The position numbers and the translations under genes are program-made. The notes beneath the pieces were generated by a model, which saw nothing but the letters and a program-made list of their open reading frames with translations, was not told the DNA's origin and ran no database searches. Shown in pieces: positions 1-6,464 of a stretch of DNA of 16,775 nucleotides. This DNA comes from an uncultured archaeon (lineage in GTDB: Archaea; Asgardarchaeota; Thorarchaeia; Thorarchaeales; Thorarchaeaceae). Every line of letters begins with the position of its first letter. The stretch's first letter is position 1. The stretch lies in assembly GCA_964631415.1 (NCBI GenBank), contig CAZVZC010000041.1:1-16775 (forward strand), read 5' to 3'.

Positions 1-1
1 T

Positions 2-94
2 CAGACACAAGACGGAAGCATCGTAATCCCAAAGGCTTTGCACAAGTACCTCCCGCCAGAAATGAGAGAGATACATCCTGGATCAAGGAGCTAA
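2..94 (+). CDS. serS: Seryl-tRNA synthetase, C-terminal end (partial; gene starts before the window)
   Basis: Frame 2 reads QTQDGSIVIPKALHKYLPPEMREIHPGSRS*, matching the typical SerRS C-terminal QxxDGSVxIPxxLxxY motif. Not in the ORF track. Confidence 0.8.
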   Translation, partial: QTQDGSIVIPKALHKYLPPEMREIHPGSRS

Positions 95-346
95 ACACTC
101 AGCAAGCAGGATGGTGACACGTGAATCCCTTTTCAAGTGCCACTCGGACTATCTTCCATCAAGCCCTGCAGCTGTACTGGAAGCAGCGACAGAGGCTCGG
201 CAAGACCATTACTTCTTCGTGTATATCCCCATTGTCTGTGCTGACTCAATCTTGTGAGTTTCACACATCTCTCGAAAGTTCTTCCTGGTTGCGCCCTTCA
301 GAGCCGGGACATTCAATGTATATATGGTGAAGAAGCACCTATGAGT

Positions 347-534
347 ACCGTTCATTGTAAGTTGGACAAAGTTGGACACAGGAGTCTTTGTCCGCCCAGA
401 AACGGCACTGGGGTCTTACTCCTTGAGGCCAGTCTGTGTCGGGTCAACCTCAAAGAGATGTGTGGTTCGAGCTATTTAAGCCCCTACTCGAAAATGTCCA
501 AGATTGTCCAACTTCTACTCAGCTGTTGCATACC
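347..534 (-). mobile_element. Non-autonomous insertion element (MITE-like, IS607-type ends), copy 1: 182-bp body 350-531 flanked by ACC (GGT on the minus strand)
   Basis: Differs from copy 2 by 14 substitutions and no indels. Sits precisely inside a gene. AAGTTGGACA x2 at 359-378 and an inverted TGTCCAAGAT-TGTCCAACTT at 495-514. No transposase. Confidence 0.9.
348..451 (-). ncRNA. Predicted structured RNA within the element (omega-RNA-like scaffold candidate); also present in copies 2 and 3
   Basis: CTTAAATA TATA box at 480-473 places a predicted TSS near G451. Hairpin 453-445/431-423. Second hairpin 422-418/385-381 with inner stem 412-408/399-395. Loop hexamer 440-435 is complementary to 380-375 (pseudoknot) and invariant in all copies. 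Confidence 0.5.
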
Positions 535-961
535 CGATGGTGGTGCAGGACCACCCCACTTCTTCTCCCGAAAGTCGTTCTCCTCTTGCACACCGGGCAC
601 AGGCCCACCAGACTGTATGGACTTCGTTGTCGGGGATATGCTGTGCACCAGCCAGTGTATCCAGTCGCCTACCGGTGCATCAGGGTCGTTGCAGATCAGG
701 GCAAAGCTCTTGGTCCCTGCAGGAACCTGATCCCATGCCAAATGCGGGCTCGTGTTTCCCTTCCTGTACGCACATCTGTCAGGAATGGGTGCCCCTTGGG
801 CGAAATCACTGGATGACAATTTCACGGGCGTTCAACTCCTTCAACGTCCACTACTACTGTACAAGCTCGTACTTCTGTCTTACCATCTACTCACGTTAGC
901 GGAGGCGTCTTCTTCAGGGGTCTATGTCGCCACGCTTAAAACCGGTCCCGTGTTCGCTCAG

Positions 962-1444
962 ATGGGAATTCCATTGACGACAGTCCAACAGTCCTTCGAG
1001 AAGCTAGTATCGCTTGCGATAGACAGAGAGAAGGAGGCATATGAGTTCTACACGGAGTCAGCCAAGCTGGCAGAACTGTCCTCGTCCACGAAACTCCTGA
1101 AAGAACTTGCCGAACAGGAAGTAGTGCATCGCAAGAAGCTGGAGGGTGCTTTGAAGGAGGGTGTCTGCAAGATGTTCGCCTGCAAGACTACCGTCCAGTT
1201 CAAGAAGATGGATCTGGGTAGGTATCTCATATCCATACCATTGAAACCCTCGTCTACACCTCAGGACGTATTGATAGTTGGAATCAAGAGAGAGGAGGCA
1301 TCTTACGATTTCTACGAGGCGCTCTCTGGATTGACAACTGATGCCCCCCACAAAGCGGTGTTTGAAACACTGGCTCGCGAAGAGATGAGTCACAAGGACC
1401 GACTGCAGAAGCTGTACGATGACAATTTCCAGCAGTGGATGTAG
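962..1444 (+). CDS. Rubrerythrin/ferritin-like di-iron protein
   Basis: Duplicated AIxxExxAxxFY...LAxxExxH motifs (AIDREKEAYEFY...LAEQEVVH; GIKREEASYDFY...LAREEMSH). Start at ATG 962 is preferred over 752: there is a TATA-like CTTAAAA at about 935-941 and no overlap with the ybhB-like gene. Confidence 0.85.
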   Translation: MGIPLTTVQQSFEKLVSLAIDREKEAYEFYTESAKLAELSSSTKLLKELAEQEVVHRKKLEGALKEGVCKMFACKTTVQFKKMDLGRYLISIPLKPSSTPQDVLIVGIKREEASYDFYEALSGLTTDAPHKAVFETLAREEMSHKDRLQKLYDDNFQQWM

Positions 1445-1554
1445 TCCGAATACCGTCGCCTCAAATGCCTCACGAAATCTGTGACAGTTCGATAGAGAAA
1501 CCATCTTGTTCCGTTTGTCGGAGCAGCCCACGCAGTATAGCGTGGCGACACAAA

Positions 1555-2835
1555 CTAGGCCTTGTGGAGGCTTGGCGCTGCGATGAAGGCCAATCCGCGC
1601 TTTGTAAGCTCTTCGGCGGTCCTGTTGACAGCCTGGTGTTTGTCCAAGTAGTTCTGAAGCAGTAGCTGCATCTCACCCTTCTGCTCAATCTCACTCTTCT
1701 GCCTGAAGTAGTCTAGAATGTCGCTTGGATGGCTTCGAGTAGACTCGACACTGGCAATCCCGCCCTCGTGCTTAGCACTTATGTTCATCACATGGTCAGC
1801 CAGCTCCAGGAGCTGGGGCAGTCGGTCATAGGGCTGGCGGACAATACTCTTGTACGTTTCCGTGATGTGATGCTCGATACGAACGACGTCCTCAAAACCG
1901 AAGCTCTTTCGAATGTACGCCGCGAGCTCGATTGTTTCGTTGTCTACACTGTTGGAGAGGTTGAATCCTATCAGGGGACTACTGCCATCGCTTCGACTGA
2001 AGAGCTTCGCGGTCATCATTGTCCATAGACATGCAAAGGGATTGTCGTTACCGGTGAAAACGGAGATCTTGAACTCCATGTCTATCCCTAACTTGTGCAT
2101 CATATAGCCGACAAGTATGCTGCCAGAGTTTACATTTAGCACCTGCTTCACTCCATAAGTGGTGTAGTAGTGAAGGTACTCGTCAGCCCACCTAAGAGGA
2201 AAGTCGTTTGGCATCCCCACGCCGCCGAAGTATCCCGTGATTGTTGCAGGGCCACCAAGATGGACATTCGCGGGGGCCCCATCACGTCCGGGCATCGTCC
2301 CTTTCGTGTCGAGTGTTTCGACATACGAAGAGCCGACGATTTGCATGGCCGCAGCAAAGGCGATCACTTGATCATCTGCAGTCTGTTCCTTCATGTTCCG
2401 TACACGAATGAAACGTCCGGGCATCAGATCTCGTTCTTCAATGGCATGACGCGCTTCTTCGATCACCCATGGGAAGTATTGGCATGCGCTTATCTCTAGG
2501 GTCACAGCAAAGCTGTCATCAAACTTCATCGACCCTGCTCGCTCACCAAGTATCCTTGTTCGATAATCTGGGATGCTGATGAAGGCACTCTCATCACGTT
2601 GCTTCTCTAGCCATCTCAAATCTCGTACGAATGGTGACTTCTTTGCTTCAAGTCGAGCAATCAGGTTCTCTAGCTTGCATGCTTCGCGCGCTTTTTTGTT
2701 GACCTCGTCAACACCGCCATATTTGTCGATCACTTCGAGGAGACCAGTCGTGAGTGGGTTGTCATCACGCACGAGAAAGTCGTTGATCTTCCTTAGATTC
2801 TCGGGACCTATTCTTAGCCTCTTTCTATCAATCAT
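1555..2835 (-). CDS. Hypothetical protein (~426 aa), probably an enzyme
   Basis: Long, soluble-looking ORF with motif-like blocks (PGRFIRVR, YVETLDTKG, HLGGPATITGYFGGVG, RIEHHITE, SAKHEGG). Start chosen at MIDRKRL. Function not recognised. Confidence 0.75.
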   Translation of the reverse strand: MIDRKRLRIGPENLRKINDFLVRDDNPLTTGLLEVIDKYGGVDEVNKKAREACKLENLIARLEAKKSPFVRDLRWLEKQRDESAFISIPDYRTRILGERAGSMKFDDSFAVTLEISACQYFPWVIEEARHAIEERDLMPGRFIRVRNMKEQTADDQVIAFAAAMQIVGSSYVETLDTKGTMPGRDGAPANVHLGGPATITGYFGGVGMPNDFPLRWADEYLHYYTTYGVKQVLNVNSGSILVGYMMHKLGIDMEFKISVFTGNDNPFACLWTMMTAKLFSRSDGSSPLIGFNLSNSVDNETIELAAYIRKSFGFEDVVRIEHHITETYKSIVRQPYDRLPQLLELADHVMNISAKHEGGIASVESTRSHPSDILDYFRQKSEIEQKGEMQLLLQNYLDKHQAVNRTAEELTKRGLAFIAAPSLHKA

Positions 2836-2977
2836 CAAGGGGGACCTTCTGGCGTTGACTTGGACCTTGTTCATGGGCCGAGGAGTATTCAGGGCGCATC
2901 CAGATAAAAGATTCTGACAGCCAGTCCGTCTGAAATCAAGGGGCATCAAAAGAGGCCCGGATTTTGCCATTCATTGA

Positions 2978-3586
2978 CTAGGCTCTGTCGACAGGGCGAT
3001 TGTCAGATTGCAGATCCTCAATGGTCCCGACTTCCTCACCTTCGGGCCAATATGTTGTTCCCCTTAGATACTCCCTGATGACAGGCCCTGCCAAGACTGT
3101 CGCAATTGCGCCGCTGATTACCTGTACTGAGTTGATTGAAACCAGCTCCACGAGTGCCACCTCCCATGTGAAGCCGAGTACGAGGACCTCTCCGAATAGG
3201 TATCCCATCAGCATGGCAGTAGCGCCAAGGAGCAGTCCAAGTATGTCCCACAAACCCAGTTTCGTGCCCCTTCCGGTGCGACGACTGAAGAATCCGACCA
3301 TTGCTCCTTCAAGTCCCTTTGACAGGAAAGTGATAGGTGCATAGACTGGCGCCGCAATCAGGTCGGCCATAGCCGAACCAACGCCCCCAGCAACGAAACC
3401 CCCAACTGGACCTAGGAGGAAGCCGCTAATCATCACCAGCGAATCGCCTAGGTTGAAGTATCCCTGTGTTGTCGGGAATGGAATCGCTAGAATGAGCGTG
3501 GCAACAGTTGTCAACGCGGTTAGTACAGCCAGCAATGCGACATAGAACGCCGGGTAGTGTCCAAAGGCACGTGATTGCTTCATCAT
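2978..3586 (-). CDS. ECF transporter S component (DUF1393-like)
   Basis: Hydrophobic protein with A-L-x-x-V-A-T, IPFPTTQGYFNLGD, GPVGGFVAGGVGSAMADL and KGLEG motifs typical of S components. Start at MMKQ (3586). Confidence 0.88.
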   Translation of the reverse strand: MMKQSRAFGHYPAFYVALLAVLTALTTVATLILAIPFPTTQGYFNLGDSLVMISGFLLGPVGGFVAGGVGSAMADLIAAPVYAPITFLSKGLEGAMVGFFSRRTGRGTKLGLWDILGLLLGATAMLMGYLFGEVLVLGFTWEVALVELVSINSVQVISGAIATVLAGPVIREYLRGTTYWPEGEEVGTIEDLQSDNRPVDRA

Positions 3587-3602
3587 GGCCGACCAACACG
3601 AA

Positions 3603-3671
3603 GAGGTTTTGCCGAAGGCGAGATCCCTGTCGGCAGCTACTGTCAGAACAGATGTCACGACAGTGAACCTC
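3603..3671 (-). promoter_or_regulatory. Candidate cis-regulatory RNA (three-way junction) in the ECF S-component leader
   Basis: GAGGUU/AACCUC closes ACUGUC/GACAGU and UGCCGA/UCGGCA. The two 14-nt loops are mutually complementary. The structure ends 16 nt before the ATG. Confidence 0.4.
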
Positions 3672-3709
3672 CATTGTGCCTTCAGCACCTAGCGCACGCT
3701 TGAGGATGA

Positions 3710-3737
3710 TATATAAGCGTGTGCCTATATATAGGCA
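3710..3737. promoter_or_regulatory. Divergent promoter region: TATA-like box (3710-3717) plus perfect 16-bp palindrome TGCCTATATATAGGCA (3722-3737), candidate operator
   Basis: Perfect palindrome read directly from the sequence, lying between divergent genes, one of which encodes a wHTH domain. Confidence 0.55.
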
Positions 3738-3744
3738 GGATTCT

Positions 3745-5238
3745 ATGTCCTTCGTTAGTACACTCAAATGCACTCAGTGCGGCCGTGAGTACGCATCAGA
3801 TGAACGAATCACTACTTGTGCTGTGTGCAATGGCGTGCTCAATGTGACTTATGACCTCATTCAGCTAAGAAGGCATTTCAAAAGCACTGAGCTTGAGCGG
3901 CGGTTGCCGAGCATCTGGAAGTACTTTGAGCTTCTCCCAGTCGTAAACCTTGACACGGTTGTTTCTCTGGGAGAAGGTGGAACTTTTCTTCACAAGTGTG
4001 ATGGACTGGCAGGAAGTACCGGGATGCAGGAGCTGTATCTGAAGGACGAAACTACTAACCCAACCGGGGCATTCATTGACAGAGGAACCGCAGTGGAGGT
4101 TTCAGTCGCAAGGGAGAGAGGGTTCAAGTCGATGTGCTGCGGATCAACCGGTAATCTGGCGGCTTCTCTTGTCGCCTATGCCGCAAGAGCTGGACTCAGC
4201 AGCAAAGTCTTCATTCCACAAAGAGGGGGTGTGGACGTCGGGAAGTTCTACCAGATTCTTGCATATGGGGGAGATGTCGAAGTTGTCAGGGATCATGAAG
4301 AGGCTGAAGCGAGAGCGAACCAAGAGGCATCTCACAGCCGCATCATCAGTCCATCCAGTCCACATTTTCTTGAGGGCGTGAAAACCACGGTCTATGAGGT
4401 GTGCGAACAGCTTCAGTGGACCGGACCGGACTGGATCATAGTCCCGATGGGAAATGGCGGTCATCTCTCAATGATATGGAAAGGACTCCGTGAACTCAAT
4501 CAGGTTGGCCTCCTCGAGAACAACAAGACGAGGCTTGTGGGTGTGCAGGCGAAGGGCTGCGCTCCAATCGTGGAAGCCTTTGACAGCAATGCGGACGAAG
4601 TCAGCCCATGTACGACCGTTTCAACACTGTCGCTCGATATCAGTGTGAAGAAGCCATCTTGTGGGTGGATGGCCCTCAAGGCCATACGTGAATCGAAGGG
4701 ACATGCAATAGCTGTCCGTGACAGGGACACCCTGAAGGCGCTGGGTGATCTGGCTCGACAAGAGGGAGTGTTCGCTGAACCTTCATCAGCGACGTCGATT
4801 GCCGCACTGAGGACACTCATGGAGTCAAAGGAGATAGGCCGGACAGACAGCGTAGTTTGTATCATAACAGGCATGGGACTGAAATACCCTGAGATTGCCA
4901 GAACGCTGGTGAAGGGCAGAGCCGAGCTTGAGAACCTGCTCAGTCAGGTCGAGGATCGACGATTCACTACCCATCTAGGAAAGACCAAGGTGCATATCCT
5001 CCACATTCTGGTCAAAGGTGAATCCTATGGATACGAAATCTGGAAGAGTCTTCAGGAGGACCACGGGGTCAGAGTCAGAATCCCGAGTGTATACCAACAC
5101 CTTGTGGAATTGAAGACAAGTGGCCTCATTATTAGTACTCGGTCTGAACGAACCTTCGATGGTAGAAATCGAAGATACTATGGGCTGTCAGAACGTGGGA
5201 AATGGACGCTGAATCAACTGGAACGGTTGTCTGACTGA
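3745..5238 (+). CDS. Threonine-synthase-like (PLP fold type II) protein lacking the catalytic Lys, fused to a C-terminal PadR-type wHTH; putative transcriptional regulator
   Basis: N-terminal CxxC...CxxC, SLGEGGT, NPTGAFIDRG (canonical NPTGSFKDRG), STGN, VPMGNGG, EPSSA, TGMGLK. C-terminus ILHILxxGESYGYEIWK...SVYQHLxELxxxGLI...RRYYGLSERG. Confidence 0.88.
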   Translation: MSFVSTLKCTQCGREYASDERITTCAVCNGVLNVTYDLIQLRRHFKSTELERRLPSIWKYFELLPVVNLDTVVSLGEGGTFLHKCDGLAGSTGMQELYLKDETTNPTGAFIDRGTAVEVSVARERGFKSMCCGSTGNLAASLVAYAARAGLSSKVFIPQRGGVDVGKFYQILAYGGDVEVVRDHEEAEARANQEASHSRIISPSSPHFLEGVKTTVYEVCEQLQWTGPDWIIVPMGNGGHLSMIWKGLRELNQVGLLENNKTRLVGVQAKGCAPIVEAFDSNADEVSPCTTVSTLSLDISVKKPSCGWMALKAIRESKGHAIAVRDRDTLKALGDLARQEGVFAEPSSATSIAALRTLMESKEIGRTDSVVCIITGMGLKYPEIARTLVKGRAELENLLSQVEDRRFTTHLGKTKVHILHILVKGESYGYEIWKSLQEDHGVRVRIPSVYQHLVELKTSGLIISTRSERTFDGRNRRYYGLSERGKWTLNQLERLSD

Positions 5239-5244
5239 TCCAAG

Positions 5245-5432
5245 ACCGTTCATTGTAAGTTGGACGAAGTTGGACACAGGAGTCTTTGTCCTCCCAGAAA
5301 CGGCACTGGGGTCGTACTCCTTGGGGCTGGAATGTGTCGAGTCAGCCTCAAAGAGACGTCTGATTCGAGCTATTTAAGCCCCTACTCGAAAATGTCCAAG
5401 ATTGTCCAACTTCTACGCAGCTGTTGCATACC
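5245..5432 (-). mobile_element. Insertion element copy 2 (intergenic; body 5248-5429 flanked by ACC)
   Basis: Full-length, ~92% identical to copy 1, with the same boundaries and orientation. Starts 6 bp after the stop of the thrC-like/PadR gene. Confidence 0.9.
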
Positions 5433-5538
5433 CTTCTCTTGTGTAACATAGGAGAAGTGTTTTAACAGCTGGTACATAGTGAATATAGAGGACAGACCTC
5501 AACGGATGTCCTGTATTGTGACATAGAGGTTGGGAAGA

Positions 5539-5931
5539 ATGCCAGACAAGACATGGATGCAGACTGCTGATTGGAAGAGTGAAAAGCACGTGCCCGTGAT
5601 AGAGGCTCCTGATGCTGTGAAGAAAGGAGAAGTTGTTAAGGTGACAGTTTCTGTGGGAAAACAGATTCCACACCCCAATGTCACGGAGCATCACATAAAG
5701 TGGTTGGACCTGTTCTTCTGGGCTGATGGAGAGAAATTCCCGATGGAGGTCGGCTATGCCACGTTCGACACACACGGCGAGTCTACTCAAGGCCCGAACA
5801 CGGGTCCGCTGTACTCCGAACCCTTCGCAGTATTCGCATTCAAGATAACGAAACCAGGAACTCTCATGGCGACTTCTTACTGCAACATCCACGGTCTCTG
5901 GAAGAGCGAGAAGGATATCGCAATCAAGTAG
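5539..5931 (+). CDS. Superoxide reductase-like protein (class II SORL / desulfoferrodoxin Fe(II) domain)
   Basis: EKHVP, HPNVTEHHIKW and YCNIHGLW iron-ligand motifs. GAGGT RBS at 5526-5530. Confidence 0.9.
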   Translation: MPDKTWMQTADWKSEKHVPVIEAPDAVKKGEVVKVTVSVGKQIPHPNVTEHHIKWLDLFFWADGEKFPMEVGYATFDTHGESTQGPNTGPLYSEPFAVFAFKITKPGTLMATSYCNIHGLWKSEKDIAIK

Positions 5932-6014
5932 TTCCTACACCAGACTATGCGAGGCCTGCCAACCGGGGCAGGCCTTGATTCTGTTTTAGCTGAAGCGTAT
6001 TCAGTAGTTGACAC

Positions 6015-6320
6015 TCACTGTTTGCGGCTCAAGCCCTTTGCCTTAGCAGGACGCTCGGCAGAACGCGAAACAGGTTTCGTGTCATGTGAGACCTGTTCTG
6101 GCGGCATCAGACTGGCCTTCCAGATGGTGTGACCGTCGGTAGCACCCATTGCTGTCATCCGCCTCCCCAGGTTTTCTGCGAAAACCCCGGAGCCAAAGTC
6201 TGGGGAAACTGCTTCCCATGGGTGTATCGCGGAGAGTTCGTATTGTGTGCCGTCATCAGCAGTGATCACATAGCGGTTCATGATCTTCGATATCAGTCCA
6301 GTGACAGCTACATCCTTCAT
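6015..6320 (-). CDS. Small hypothetical protein
   Basis: Protein-like beta-rich segment MKDVAVTGLISKIMNRYVITADDGTQYELSAIHPWE. Start is uncertain (6320 vs 6416). Confidence 0.55.
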   Translation of the reverse strand: MKDVAVTGLISKIMNRYVITADDGTQYELSAIHPWEAVSPDFGSGVFAENLGRRMTAMGATDGHTIWKASLMPPEQVSHDTKPVSRSAERPAKAKGLSRKQ

Positions 6321-6464
6321 CCGCGGGCTCAGTCCTCTCTCGACTATCCGTTCGTGACAAGTGTGTGCGGCCTTGGTCAAAGGCATTGTGGTGGTTTGTT
6401 CAACGAATATGGCCAATCCGCTTGTCGTGACTTGTGGCAGATGGGCGGAGAGAAGAGCAGTGTC

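Larger units (their letters stand above)
209..825 (-). pseudogene. YbhB/YbcL (PEBP/RKIP-like) family gene split by repeat copy 1
   Basis: The 5' part (825-535) encodes MKLSSSDF...SPHLAW...SFALICNDPDAPVGDWIHW...NDFREKKWGGPAPPS. The 3' part (349-209) encodes GTHRCFFTIYTLNVP...MGIYTKK*. Deleting 350-534 gives an in-frame 143-aa ORF. With the insert present, the frame stops at 486-484. Confidence 0.93.

Noticed and set aside
375-453. HDV-like ribozyme reading of the pseudoknot (P1-P2-P4 order fits)
   Set aside because: There is no room for P3/L3 and no J4/2 strand carrying the catalytic C.
455-495. CCCCTACTCGA resembles a group II intron domain VI 3' end, and minus-strand GTATG resembles a spliceosomal donor
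   Set aside because: There is no domain V or GUGYG start, and the motif is internal. No register of the GGT(A) redundancy gives GT..AG or group I U|...G boundaries, and no clear bulge-helix-bulge is present.
347-534. IS110/IS1111 bridge-RNA element
   Set aside because: Not fully excluded, but target flanks share nothing beyond gGGT and I found no loop sequences matching target or donor.
752-961. Long N-terminal extensions in the ORF track (752, 2970, 3676, 3688, 13011) and the many antisense or overlapping short ORFs
   Set aside because: They overlap promoters or better-supported genes and lack family motifs.
5260-5451. Plus-strand frame open across the element in all copies (..VGHRSLCPPRNGTG..), also within ORF 254-730
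   Set aside because: Most differences between copies are non-synonymous, there is no consistent start or stop, and no family is recognisable. It looks like a shadow of a non-coding repeat.
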